From Promethearchaeota archaeon (GTDB taxonomy: Archaea > Asgardarchaeota > Lokiarchaeia > Sigyniarchaeales > SOKP01), in contig JABCSY010000028.1 of NCBI GenBank assembly GCA_018238625.1, positions 1-41,653 of the forward strand: a stretch of DNA of 41,653 nt, written 5' to 3'. Below the pieces are notes generated by a model that was not told the origin of the DNA, did not search any database, and saw nothing but the letters and a program-made list of their open reading frames with translations. The translations under genes and the position numbers were made by a program. Positions 1-10,796 of this stretch are shown here, piece by piece (the stretch's first letter is position 1; every line of letters begins with the position of its first letter).

Positions 1-2
1 AT

Positions 3-1250
3 CAGAGCGATGTCCTAAGCGGATCAACCGTTGTATTACACGATATCAATAAGGACCACTTAGAAATCATTTTTGAGTTAATTGAAGCTGAAAATAAGAT
101 CCATAATAATAAATTCAAAGTTGAACGCACCACAAACCGTAAAAAAGCTTTGAAAGGAGCAAATTTCATTATTAGTTCTATCGAAGTTGGAGATCGTTTT
201 AAGTTGTGGAGAGAAGATTACGAAATCCCTAGAAAGTATGGGTCTACTCAGATATTAGGAGAATGTGGTGGCCCAGGAGGGACTATGCATGCTTTTAGGA
301 TTATTCCTCCAATAGTAGAAATTGTGAAAGATGTTGAGGAAATATGTCCCGATGCATTTTTCATTAACTTTTCAAATCCCATGGCTAGAGTATGCTTAGC
401 AATCAAAAGAACGGCTCCAAATCTTAAATTCGTAGGGCTTTGCCATCAAATCGGATTTCTTAATTATCACCTCCCTTTAATGATGAAAAAGAAATTGGAT
501 AATTTAAAGTTGAAACCATATGGATTAAATCATTTTGGGTTTTTAATGGGACTCGAGGAATTAGCTAACGGTAAAGATTTAATGCCAGAATTTAATAGTA
601 AAGCAATGGAGTACTTTAAACAACAAGAAGGGAGGTTTGAATTTTCTACCTTAACTTTTGAGGTTTATAAAAGATTTAGCTATTTTCCCTATGTAGGTGA
701 TAATCATCTCGGTGAATATTTACAATTCGGAGAAGAGTTTACTGAAACGCAAGATATGATCGATTGGATTGATATATGTGATAAACACGGTAAAAGGCGT
801 TATAGACGCGTTCTAAGAAACTACAAACGCCTTAAAGAAGGGAAGTATCTTAAAAAAGGAATGCTCTCTATGGGAGCTTCTGGAGAAAGAGCAATCCCTA
901 TTATTGAAGCAATAATTACCGATGCAAATACTTATGAGAGCGCTGTAAACATTCCAAATGATGGGATCGTTGAAAATTTACCTCAAGACCTCGTTGTCGA
1001 ATGTCCAGTTAAGGTGGATAAAGATGGCGTACATGGAGTCAAATGGGGGGTGTTGCCAAAAGACATTGCTGCAATACTTAGAATTGAAGCAACTATTCAA
1101 GATTTATGCGTTGAAGCCATTTTAAAGAAGTCAAAAGATATTGCAATAGCAAGCTTAGCTGTTGATCCAAACGTGGGAAGTTTTGAAATTGCGGAAAAAA
1201 TTTTTACCGAAATAAAATCTAACAGTAATTACTATGATTATTTTAGATAA
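3..1250 (+). CDS. Family 4 glycoside hydrolase (NAD+/Mn2+-dependent, alpha-galactosidase-like), 5'-truncated by window edge
   Basis: Frame is open from position 3 (..VVLHDINKDHL..TTNRKKALKGANFII). GH4 motifs GECGGPGG, NFSNP, GLCH, GLNHF and NIPNDG..NLP..VVECP are present. Confidence 0.9.
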   Translation, partial: QSDVLSGSTVVLHDINKDHLEIIFELIEAENKIHNNKFKVERTTNRKKALKGANFIISSIEVGDRFKLWREDYEIPRKYGSTQILGECGGPGGTMHAFRIIPPIVEIVKDVEEICPDAFFINFSNPMARVCLAIKRTAPNLKFVGLCHQIGFLNYHLPLMMKKKLDNLKLKPYGLNHFGFLMGLEELANGKDLMPEFNSKAMEYFKQQEGRFEFSTLTFEVYKRFSYFPYVGDNHLGEYLQFGEEFTETQDMIDWIDICDKHGKRRYRRVLRNYKRLKEGKYLKKGMLSMGASGERAIPIIEAIITDANTYESAVNIPNDGIVENLPQDLVVECPVKVDKDGVHGVKWGVLPKDIAAILRIEATIQDLCVEAILKKSKDIAIASLAVDPNVGSFEIAEKIFTEIKSNSNYYDYFR

Positions 1251-1477
1251 CCAAGCGAAATAATTGACACAGTTTAATAAACAAAATTGAAGTGAAACAT
1301 ATATTCTTCCCTTTTCTAATAATTGTTCAAAAGAATATTTATTCTTTTTTTACATAAATATCAATTTTTTTTTCATATAATGGTGCTAGAGCGTGAGACT
1401 TAAAACTATCAAAAATTATAAAGGTTGAGAAATTACGATTATGCGCCAATTCTTAGAGCTTTACGAGTAAAATGTAG

Positions 1478-1493
1478 AATTTACCGGTAAATT
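1478..1493. promoter_or_regulatory. Perfect 16-bp palindrome AATTTACCGGTAAATT abutting a TATA-like element; candidate operator
   Basis: Self-complementary sequence about 40 nt upstream of ATG 1536, overlapping TTATAT at 1492-1497. Confidence 0.45.
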
Positions 1494-1535
1494 ATATCAA
1501 TACATTTTTTTATGAGTATCACCTTATGCTAGCTC

Positions 1536-2477
1536 ATGGATTCTAATGTTGTAAAAAAATCTGAAATTAAATACGAAAAAGCTACAAATATTCTTTGGAA
1601 AGTGTGGTGGTTTTGTTGGTATTTACTAATTGTTCCTTCAGGTATTACGGCATTGGGTTACTTTATATTTCGATTTATAAGCAATGACTTTTACATTTCG
1701 TTAGGATTTTCTGTCCTCACATTTATTTTTTCGATACTATTTTTTTATAAATTTTATGATAAGTATCGAAATGATCCCGTATTCCTTAATCAAACAAACA
1801 ATCCTACCTCAAGGATTCATATTTTATTCTTAATAACTATCTTTTCCTTAATTGTAACCCCCATTTTCGTGCTTATTGATCCTTCAGATTACTTTTTTGA
1901 ATTATTACCTTTAATTTCTTTTTGCGTTCTCTATTTAATAGTTTTTTATTACTACTATTTCAAACCTATAGACTTCTTTAACACCTCTATAGGCGAATTT
2001 AAGCACTCAATTAACTTTTCTTTAGCATCCAAACAGCTTTACAACATTGTCGTAATCTTAAATTTTATTATTCATATTTTATTTCTCTCTTTCCTATTTA
2101 ATACAAAAGTTTCATGGTTATTCGCACTTATAACAAATTTTTCTTTTTACTTCATCACATTAGTATCTACTAAAAAAATACGCAAAATAATTAATGATTC
2201 AATCAAAGAGAATAAAATATTTTTGAAAGAATTGATTATATTTCATAAAAAATACTCAGTTTCAATTCTTAGCTTAATTTTCGTTCTGTTAATCCAAATA
2301 CCTTTTGATATTATTGGAGTTTATAGTATAAATTATGAGATACAACACACGCTTATTGAATTAATAAATGCTTTCTTTTTATCCATGATGTTCTTTCTAA
2401 TTTATTTGAAAATTAGAGTATATCTCGCTTTTTACTACAAAAAATTACTTATGAGGTTACCCAAGAATGAAATCTGA
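1536..2477 (+). CDS. Polytopic membrane protein of unknown function (about 8 TM helices)
   Basis: 313-aa ORF with paired hydrophobic segments; overlaps the next ORF by 11 nt. Confidence 0.8.
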   Translation: MDSNVVKKSEIKYEKATNILWKVWWFCWYLLIVPSGITALGYFIFRFISNDFYISLGFSVLTFIFSILFFYKFYDKYRNDPVFLNQTNNPTSRIHILFLITIFSLIVTPIFVLIDPSDYFFELLPLISFCVLYLIVFYYYYFKPIDFFNTSIGEFKHSINFSLASKQLYNIVVILNFIIHILFLSFLFNTKVSWLFALITNFSFYFITLVSTKKIRKIINDSIKENKIFLKELIIFHKKYSVSILSLIFVLLIQIPFDIIGVYSINYEIQHTLIELINAFFLSMMFFLIYLKIRVYLAFYYKKLLMRLPKNEI

Positions 2478-5400
2478 TAAAGTTGAGGATAGTCTGCCTG
2501 AAGCGTTCGGTAAATACCAGAAGTTAAATCTAATTTTGTCAATTTTAATTTTAGGGTTTCTTATTTTATTATCGTATTTGATAGAATTTCCGATACTTAT
2601 CCTATTCTCTCTACTATTTTTAATCGTCATCTCGTATTACGAGCAAAAAGCAAACTTTTGCCCAAAAAAATATAGCAAATACATTTTTTTAGTTAACTCT
2701 ACTGGGATTTTTGCGACAATTGTTTTTTGGTTTGTGCCTTTGCCATATAATATTAAATTTATAATATTGATTATAGGATTATACTTAATCTTAGAGATTT
2801 TTGCGACAAGAGGTTATTTCGTTAAAGAGAACATTTTAATTGCTCAACATGTTTTAGCTGTTTCTAGTTTTATTGTGATAATTTACTCTTTTTTCGATAT
2901 TTTTTCTTTTATTTACATTGATTTTACAACAGATCCTATTCTAATAATGTTTTCAAAATTTTTACTACATGCTTTAACGATTCTATCACTAACTTTAATC
3001 TCTTTTTATTACGTCTATGTGCGACACTTTCGAAAACATCCATGGGATAATTTTAATAGATGCATAATGATATTAGTTTTATTAATAGAATTAACATCAT
3101 ACATCGTAATTAATCTTAGAAATTATTTCTCGTTAGACTTACTATTATTTATTAACGGTTTGATTTTGTCATCAATCTTATTTCCAGGTATTTTTTTGAT
3201 ATTTACTTTCGTAAATTATTTGATTGGCGTTTTTTCATCAAGAACATCTCTTTCTTACAGTTACTACTCGTGTTGGGGATTAATGCTGACTATTGGTCTT
3301 TCGATTATGTTTACTTTTGCATTTGTTGTAAGTAATCTGACAATTGTAATTTCCATTCTATTGTTTTTCTCAATCTCTTCGTATTATCTATTGAAATTTG
3401 GGCAGAAAATCGAAAAAATAAGCGAAAGTTCAATAATTAAGTTTACTCGTATTAATTCTTATTTTATTTTTATTGAGCTATTTTTCCTACTATTTTCTGT
3501 ATTTTTTAAACTATTTTCATATTTTGTATTATATGATGCCATTATTATTTCAACATATGCGGCATTTATGGGAATAACCTTTCTAAATAACATAATTTTT
3601 AAGAAAAGATTAATCTCAGAATCGAACAGAGTTGTAATAAACGAGCTTTCTTTAATATTTACATCCGTTTTAATTTTTTATTATTCATTTATTTATTTTT
3701 TCGGTTCTTATCTCGTACTGGTTTTTCCTTTTTTAATTTCAAGTATTTCATTTTATTTACCTCTCAGATATATATTAACCAAAACAACCCATCAAACCTT
3801 TATAAAAAGCTTAATAAAACTGAACAGCATTGTATTATGTTCGTCATTGCTCCTTATTCCAACGGTATTTAGCTTGGAGTTGGTATCGATAGGATACGAT
3901 TTCAATACGTTTAATGTCGTTAATTTTACATTATTCATTTTTTATGGAATTTTAGTTTTTCTTTATAATTTTTCAAGACAACTCAATATTAGAGAAACAA
4001 GAAAAAAACTAATGGTTAAATTACAGATTATCGTTGGATTTATCGTTACAGGTACCACCATGTTCTACTATCCATATGTCTTGCTTATAGAAACTTCCTA
4101 TTCAATAATTTTTTCATTGCTCTCTGCTTCAAGTTTCTTATTTATTCCTCTTATCTTTTCTTATAAAAAAGAATGTTTTAATACCAAATTAGTTAAAAAG
4201 ATAATAATTCTGAATAGTATCCTATTTTGGATCATCATCATTTTTATACCTTCTATGATCGGGTTAGAAATAGTTAGATTAGGGATGATCGCTGATCCTA
4301 TCTTAATTACTTTATTTTCCGTAATATTATTTTTTGTTTCTTTAAAATTCTTTGATCAGATTTCGTCCTATATCGAATTAAAAGAAGGATTGATTAATGG
4401 TATTAAGATAATTCAACCAATTACTTGGTTATTCATTAGTATTCTAATTTCTTCAATCTTTTTCAATCTAAATTTAACCGTAACAATTACTTGGTTAAGA
4501 AATGTTATTTTTGCTGGCGCGCTTTTGTTATTTTTTATACTTAACACATACAATTTAGTTCTTTTAGAAGATTTAAAACAATCAGTCTTTGAAGACGAAA
4601 CAAGTAAGTTTGATTATTACAGGATTTACAAAATTTATGAATTTATTAAGAATATTATAATTTTCGGCGTAATAATTTCAGTATCTCTTATATTTTCATC
4701 AATCGTCCAAGTGTTTAATTATAACCAATTTTTTATTGATATGGATCTTCAATTATTAGGTTTTACCCTCGACATTGCCATATTTTTACTAATATTATTA
4801 CTCATCCTTAATGTAAGCGATAAACTGATAAAAATCGACTTCGAAAGAGTTAAAGTTACTTCTGAATTGATACTATGGATAATTCTAAAATCTATTATAT
4901 TGTTTACTTTAGCCTTGTATCCTATTCAATTGTCGTTATTCAGTAAAATAACACTATTAATTCTTGTCTTCGCCGTTTTAAGTCCAATTTCTCATTTTTA
5001 TTTAGAAAGAAGATTTTTACTCTTAGAAAATACTCAATCAGCGATAAGAAAAAGTATAGGGGGCTTGTTTTTCTTATCAATTATTTGTCTTTCCATTGAA
5101 ATTATTTGGAATATCTCTTCAATAATTTTAGCCCCACATTTAAATCAAGAGATGCTTAAAATTCTTGTTTTCGGGAAAATATTTCTATTTTCAAATTTTT
5201 ATCTTCTACGATATAAAGTTTTTACAGAAAGAGAATCAGGGTTTCATATATATAGCATATTTGGAATTTCGTTAGTATTACTGATTTCATACTTATTCCC
5301 TCTCTCATTAGTTTTCTTATTACCCTTTATGATATTATTATCAGAAAGAAACAGAACATCCTATTTTCGCTTGTTTTTCTATTTGATACTAAGTATTATA

Positions 5401-8400
5401 ACATTTATTGAAGCAACAGGGTTCTTGATTTCATATGAACTTCTACCTTCCCTTGAAGCATTATCGATTAGTACATCGTCTACTATATACTTAATATCTT
5501 TATTATCTGTATTTTTTACATCGATTATCTTGAATTTAGAAAGAGAAAATAACATTGAAAAATTCATACTTTATTTTTTAATATCTTTACTTTCGTTTAT
5601 TTTGTTATCACCCTATATATATCTAATATACAACACGACTACCTCATTATTCATTTTCTTGTGTTTAATGGGCGTCTTCTATTATAGGAAAGAGGAACCC
5701 CGATATAAATGGTTTATTAAACCATGTGTCCTTCTTATGATTTTTAATTTTATTAGTTTTCTATCTTTTTCATTCTTTTTTAATAATATTATATTTGCAT
5801 CCTATAATCCGATACTAAGTTTTACGCTAACTTTAAGCGTGTCTGGATTTGCGTTTGTATTTCTTTACAACGATTCGCCAAGATTGTTTCGAAAGAGATC
5901 ATTTTATATCGTTTTAGCTTTAAATATAATTTCATTTCCCGCATTTCTATATTTCTTCTTGATTTCAGTATACTCACTTCCGATTTTCGATCTAATTATA
6001 TTAATTATAAGTATTAATGTAGGAGTTGTTCTTTTTTATCTTTCAATAGCAATTTATCAATGGAAATTGTCTTGGGCTGTATGGAAAATTGGTTATAGAT
6101 CGTGGATAATCTTTCCTATTATAAATTACGCATTGATAAGCGAAGCATTTACAGGTATAGATGTATTCACAAACGCTTTAAATTTATTTGGTGTAAATTT
6201 ATATGGTTCAAATCTTTTAGCTTTTATTCTATGCGTTCTTCTATCCTTACCGTTCTGGTATACATGGATTAAGAAACATTTCACTAATGTTTTATTTATT
6301 TCATGGGGTTTATGTCTATTTTTAATCTATTGGTTTAGCCAAAATGCATTTTTTGGAAACCCAGATTTGAGCTATTTGTCATTTATTGGCATCTCAGTTA
6401 TAATACTTATGCCAATTCTAGTAAGGTTAAGATCGTGGAATATAGTATCTATCTTATGGATAATATTCTCAATAATCTTGTCAATTTTTCTATTTTCTCT
6501 ATTTGAAGCAGTAGGATTTCTAATTGAGATAAATTACCCAATAATTACAATAGTATGTGGCCTACTTTTTATTACTCTCTCGTTTTTCCCTAACTTAAAA
6601 GCTCAGAAGAATGTTATATTAATACTGGCCTACTCTATTGCATTAACAGGGATTTTCTTATTAATATTTCATCTTATGTTTTTGTTGACCTTGCATCCAT
6701 TTATTTCTACAAACATAGCGTTAATTATTATGTCCTTAAGCTTATTTTCGTCAAGACTTCTAAAATTAAAACACATTATCTTTAATCGTTTAATTTCTAC
6801 AATTTTAATAGTAAACTTCTCTTCACTAACTTACTTTACTTTTAACTTAATCCCCAATTTTGGATTGTTTTCATTATTTTTAGCGGTAACAGTCTTCGGT
6901 GGGTCGTACTTCGTATTTAACTACTATAAATTATTCTTTCCATCGAAAAAAATTATTCCACTAAGTATTCTTTCTTTTGGAATTTCATCTTCTGCGTCTT
7001 CAATTGTATTTTTGTTGTTACCCGATTCACTTTTTATGGTTGCCGCAGTATTTATTGCTATAAATTTAATTTTAATTAATTTTTCACTAGGGAATTATCG
7101 ATTTATAATGTGGTATTTAATCCCTATTCCCTTCACACTTTTTATATTACAGTTTTTATTTTATATTGAACTTTTTCAACCTCTTTTACTGTTTACTTTA
7201 GCAGGATTAATGTTATACACTCTTATCTTCCAAATCTTTATAAATCTCTTCAATAACGATATTGAACTTTCAATCGAATCAAAATCCTATAATATTATGA
7301 AATTTTTTGAGGATAAAAATCAAATTAAAGTTCTAAATCTAATATGTTTTTTATTAAATTCAGCTTACTTTTCAATTTTTCTCGCGTTTCTTAGCCCATT
7401 TAACATATTCTACCAAATTCTCGAAGTTTTAATATTGTGGTCTATTTTAACATTACTCAGTGTACGATACGCCGAGTCTTCGAAAATAGAAATTGATATC
7501 GAAAAATTTACTATATATTTGAAGAAATTTAGTTCAGTAGTAGCATTTCTATTATATCTTGAAATCTCTTTTTTTGTTTTTGGAATAGCTCTTGATTATT
7601 TAGGGTTGGGGTTGATTGAGAATGTTTTATTATCATTAAGCTGTTTATTTATCCTCACATTTTTCGATTTCTATTTTATAAAGAAGGTTAGTAAAAGGAT
7701 AATCTATCCAATTCATATTTTTGCGTATATTTTAATGTCTATCCTTTTATTTATTTTATTAAACCAATTCTTAATGATTGGTTTAGAAAGTCTCTTTTTG
7801 AACCTTGTAATTCTGTTAATTATGCAATTTTATACTGAATACGCCATCTTTACGTATTTAAATCAATTAGGTCGATATGACGCAAGTAAATTAAACGAAT
7901 CCATGATTCAGATTAGAAATGTCCTAATAAATATGATTATATTTACTATAGGCTTCTACACATCTTCCTTAATGACTTCTTTTCTAATAAGTTCAAATGA
8001 GATTTTTATAGGATTTCCAGCGTTATTTTTCTTTTTAATGATTCTTTCTGTTATTATGTTTGCTATAAACCTTTTAATGAAGTTTAAGTTCAGAAATTTT
8101 ATTATATGGGGGTTCTTTTTAATGTTTCAAGTTTGCTTTACAGCTTTCTACAGTTTATCAGTTTTACTCTTTACGGATTTCAATATATTTAATTCTATGC
8201 TTTTAATTTTAATTAATACGCTCTTCGCTTTTTATTCTGTTTTCTCAATCAAAAGAATTTTAAAAGAAAAAGCGAATGCTAAAACCATTCAAAATTATTA
8301 TTCTATTCTAATGGTATTATCGTACTTAGAAACATCCATTTTATTTTACGGATTGTTTAATCTTTTGTTTGGAGTAATTGAAAGTTTCTTAGCGTCACAA

Positions 8401-10083
8401 ATCGTCTTATTTTTTATTAGCATAGTAGAGATTAATGTTGTAAAAAGAATTAAAAGTAAGTACATGTTTTTAGTTCATACAATTTGCTATTTCAACATTT
8501 CATGGTCTGTATTATCGCTAATATTATTTTTATCCCCCTCAAATTTGGCTTTACAAAGTTTTGCCATCTTGGTTTTTGCTTTAATGCAATTCTATACAAA
8601 TTATTCTTATTACAACACTATGCGTAAATTTAACTTGGATAATGAAGAATCGTTATTAAAGTGGAAAACACATCGAAAATGTTTCATAGGGGGGGTAATT
8701 TATATAGTATTATCCAATTACATTTTTCAGACTCTATATTTAGCCAACATTGAGCTTCAATTAATTTTATTTTTATTAAGCATATTAATTCACATCTTAA
8801 TGATTTTTGATAGGTTTGTCCTTAAATTTCTTGGTAAATATTCAGTCTTTTTAATGACAGCTTCGTGGGTATTTATTTTTGGATTTTCAATTAATTATTT
8901 TTTGGGTTGGATTCCTCAATACTCAATTTCTATCGTTCCGATTATTATTATTATCCTCTTATTAGAGTTAGTTTATGGTTATGGGTTAAACCTATTCGAT
9001 TTTTGGGGTTTAATTAAAGAAAACAAATTAAAACTTAGAAACTTTCTTATAATTGTTTCGTATATCAATTTCTGCTCTTGGCCACTGTATTATTTAACAT
9101 TAGATATATTAAATATTACCACGATGATTTTAATCGTATTTGGAATTTTACTACTTTTAATGTTACTTGATAATGATAACAATTTTAATTCTATTAATCA
9201 AAAAACTAGAAAACAGGTTAGTCATTTCAGCCTGATCGGTTTTGGCGTATTCTCCTCATTTGATGTGTATTTTGCATTAGCTATAATGGATCCAACAAAA
9301 CTTTTATTAAATATTTCAACTTCCCTATTAGTTTTTATGGTATTTGTAGGCTTCTTAGTCAAACCCTTTAAAAAACGGAGACTCCTCTCTTTTGCTTATT
9401 GGGGGTTAATGGTAACTTTAATATTTTTAATTTTTTACGCCTTTTACTCATCTGGTTGGAGCTGGTCACTTTTAATTCTAGGTATTTTATTATACCCATT
9501 TATTTTCATGTTAGAGGAGTTAAAAGAATTCTTCGATAAAATAGTTGAAAATTTGAGCGCTTTATATCAAATTATTAAGAACGCCTTTAATTCTTTAGTT
9601 CAGGAAGTAATTAAATTCTTGAGGGTTAATTTTAAAGTTATCCGCATTATTTTGTGTATAATATTAGGATTAGTTATGGGAATTCTTTTTTCAGATTTAG
9701 TATGGCATTATTTAAACCCATTCCATTCAATTTTATTAGCTTTAGCAATTTTTGGGATATCTTATGGAACTATTCCAGGAGTGAAATCTACGGATATTGA
9801 CGAGATTTTTAGAGAAAAAATGAAGAGATTTATTACAATATGGATAAGCATAACGGCTTTTATTTCGGCTATTATATTACCCTATATAGTATCTATTGTT
9901 CTTATATTTTTCCTTGTAATATTATCAATTTTAGGGCTTGGAGCTATTCTATTAATATTTATATACCGATTAGAAGAAGCAGAGAGAGTTTCGATAAAAT
10001 GGAGGTTTTACACCTTAATATTTTTCTTTATTTTACTTGGTATTGAAATTTTATTAGGAGCAGCTTTATATCTTGGCGGTTAA
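2467..10083 (+). CDS. Giant (2538 aa) multi-pass membrane protein with internal ~125-130-aa repeats
   Basis: 7.6-kb uninterrupted ORF, hydrophobic throughout. Repeated motifs: K.(L/I)I.LNSI..IP..LE..G and YLE.S..G..IE..L.S..MQFYT.Y. Confidence 0.85.
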   Translation: MKSDKVEDSLPEAFGKYQKLNLILSILILGFLILLSYLIEFPILILFSLLFLIVISYYEQKANFCPKKYSKYIFLVNSTGIFATIVFWFVPLPYNIKFIILIIGLYLILEIFATRGYFVKENILIAQHVLAVSSFIVIIYSFFDIFSFIYIDFTTDPILIMFSKFLLHALTILSLTLISFYYVYVRHFRKHPWDNFNRCIMILVLLIELTSYIVINLRNYFSLDLLLFINGLILSSILFPGIFLIFTFVNYLIGVFSSRTSLSYSYYSCWGLMLTIGLSIMFTFAFVVSNLTIVISILLFFSISSYYLLKFGQKIEKISESSIIKFTRINSYFIFIELFFLLFSVFFKLFSYFVLYDAIIISTYAAFMGITFLNNIIFKKRLISESNRVVINELSLIFTSVLIFYYSFIYFFGSYLVLVFPFLISSISFYLPLRYILTKTTHQTFIKSLIKLNSIVLCSSLLLIPTVFSLELVSIGYDFNTFNVVNFTLFIFYGILVFLYNFSRQLNIRETRKKLMVKLQIIVGFIVTGTTMFYYPYVLLIETSYSIIFSLLSASSFLFIPLIFSYKKECFNTKLVKKIIILNSILFWIIIIFIPSMIGLEIVRLGMIADPILITLFSVILFFVSLKFFDQISSYIELKEGLINGIKIIQPITWLFISILISSIFFNLNLTVTITWLRNVIFAGALLLFFILNTYNLVLLEDLKQSVFEDETSKFDYYRIYKIYEFIKNIIIFGVIISVSLIFSSIVQVFNYNQFFIDMDLQLLGFTLDIAIFLLILLLILNVSDKLIKIDFERVKVTSELILWIILKSIILFTLALYPIQLSLFSKITLLILVFAVLSPISHFYLERRFLLLENTQSAIRKSIGGLFFLSIICLSIEIIWNISSIILAPHLNQEMLKILVFGKIFLFSNFYLLRYKVFTERESGFHIYSIFGISLVLLISYLFPLSLVFLLPFMILLSERNRTSYFRLFFYLILSIITFIEATGFLISYELLPSLEALSISTSSTIYLISLLSVFFTSIILNLERENNIEKFILYFLISLLSFILLSPYIYLIYNTTTSLFIFLCLMGVFYYRKEEPRYKWFIKPCVLLMIFNFISFLSFSFFFNNIIFASYNPILSFTLTLSVSGFAFVFLYNDSPRLFRKRSFYIVLALNIISFPAFLYFFLISVYSLPIFDLIILIISINVGVVLFYLSIAIYQWKLSWAVWKIGYRSWIIFPIINYALISEAFTGIDVFTNALNLFGVNLYGSNLLAFILCVLLSLPFWYTWIKKHFTNVLFISWGLCLFLIYWFSQNAFFGNPDLSYLSFIGISVIILMPILVRLRSWNIVSILWIIFSIILSIFLFSLFEAVGFLIEINYPIITIVCGLLFITLSFFPNLKAQKNVILILAYSIALTGIFLLIFHLMFLLTLHPFISTNIALIIMSLSLFSSRLLKLKHIIFNRLISTILIVNFSSLTYFTFNLIPNFGLFSLFLAVTVFGGSYFVFNYYKLFFPSKKIIPLSILSFGISSSASSIVFLLLPDSLFMVAAVFIAINLILINFSLGNYRFIMWYLIPIPFTLFILQFLFYIELFQPLLLFTLAGLMLYTLIFQIFINLFNNDIELSIESKSYNIMKFFEDKNQIKVLNLICFLLNSAYFSIFLAFLSPFNIFYQILEVLILWSILTLLSVRYAESSKIEIDIEKFTIYLKKFSSVVAFLLYLEISFFVFGIALDYLGLGLIENVLLSLSCLFILTFFDFYFIKKVSKRIIYPIHIFAYILMSILLFILLNQFLMIGLESLFLNLVILLIMQFYTEYAIFTYLNQLGRYDASKLNESMIQIRNVLINMIIFTIGFYTSSLMTSFLISSNEIFIGFPALFFFLMILSVIMFAINLLMKFKFRNFIIWGFFLMFQVCFTAFYSLSVLLFTDFNIFNSMLLILINTLFAFYSVFSIKRILKEKANAKTIQNYYSILMVLSYLETSILFYGLFNLLFGVIESFLASQIVLFFISIVEINVVKRIKSKYMFLVHTICYFNISWSVLSLILFLSPSNLALQSFAILVFALMQFYTNYSYYNTMRKFNLDNEESLLKWKTHRKCFIGGVIYIVLSNYIFQTLYLANIELQLILFLLSILIHILMIFDRFVLKFLGKYSVFLMTASWVFIFGFSINYFLGWIPQYSISIVPIIIIILLLELVYGYGLNLFDFWGLIKENKLKLRNFLIIVSYINFCSWPLYYLTLDILNITTMILIVFGILLLLMLLDNDNNFNSINQKTRKQVSHFSLIGFGVFSSFDVYFALAIMDPTKLLLNISTSLLVFMVFVGFLVKPFKKRRLLSFAYWGLMVTLIFLIFYAFYSSGWSWSLLILGILLYPFIFMLEELKEFFDKIVENLSALYQIIKNAFNSLVQEVIKFLRVNFKVIRIILCIILGLVMGILFSDLVWHYLNPFHSILLALAIFGISYGTIPGVKSTDIDEIFREKMKRFITIWISITAFISAIILPYIVSIVLIFFLVILSILGLGAILLIFIYRLEEAERVSIKWRFYTLIFFFILLGIEILLGAALYLGG

Positions 10084-10092
10084 CCGAAAAAT

Positions 10093-10257
10093 TTAGTCAA
10101 GATTCTTCTCTTTCCATTCCTGTAAAAACTTTTTAAAGTTGTTTATCGGAATTCCTATAGAATTTATTTTTTCTCGATTACTCTTAACTCTTTCCTTTGA
10201 AAGCTGATTTTTACGGAAACTTAATTCCCAATCAAAATAAGAACTTGATTTTGACAT
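10093..10257 (-). CDS. Unannotated 54-aa microprotein (paralog A)
   Basis: Manual translation MSKSSSYFDWELSFRKNQLSKERVKSNREKINSIGIPINNFKKFLQEWKEKNLD; homologous to the ORF at 10421-10591. Confidence 0.75.
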   Translation of the reverse strand: MSKSSSYFDWELSFRKNQLSKERVKSNREKINSIGIPINNFKKFLQEWKEKNLD

Positions 10258-10420
10258 TATAAAAGGTTTATATTTTTACTTATTTGTAAATCGTATAAAA
10301 AAATGTATTTATACCTCTTTAGATTTTCAATGAATTTCGTACTAAAAGAACGTAAATATATAAAAAAGCAAAAAATAAGGATGGGAATTAAAAATTCATT
10401 AGATAATAAGTTAAATTATA

Positions 10421-10591
10421 TTAAGAAAGGTTTCTATTCTTCCATTTTCTTAAATAATTTTTAAAGTCATCATCAGCAATTCCAATTGAATTTAATCTAT
10501 TTTTTTTTGTAAGCGTAATATTTGAAGTTCTATCTGTGTTACCTTTAAAACCAAGAGACCAATCGTAATAAGATATTACTTTTGATGACAT
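10421..10591 (-). CDS. Unannotated 56-aa microprotein (paralog B)
   Basis: Manual translation MSSKVISYYDWSLGFKGNTDRTSNITLTKKNRLNSIGIADDDFKNYLRKWKNRNLS; shares SY(F/Y)DW.L.F, NSIGI and FK.(F/Y)L..WK..NL with paralog A. Confidence 0.75.
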   Translation of the reverse strand: MSSKVISYYDWSLGFKGNTDRTSNITLTKKNRLNSIGIADDDFKNYLRKWKNRNLS

Positions 10592-10796
10592 AATTTAATT
10601 TTAACATTAAACAATAATAAAGCAATACTGAGTGCTAATTTACTAAAAAGTTAATCTTAAAATGGCAATAGAAAGCGTGTACTATAATCTAATAATTAAA
10701 AAATTCAAGCAAAAAAGTACAAAAATCTCGACTATTAAAGTTTATAAATTTTAAGATTAATACAATTAAATATCAATAAATATTTTAGTGAAAATA

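Noticed and set aside
9490-9540. YPFIFMLEEL as the Piezo PFxxE-x6-W motif; protein length similar to Piezo1
   Set aside because: Spacing does not fit, the Trp is absent and there is no cap domain; only a loose architectural analogy is kept.
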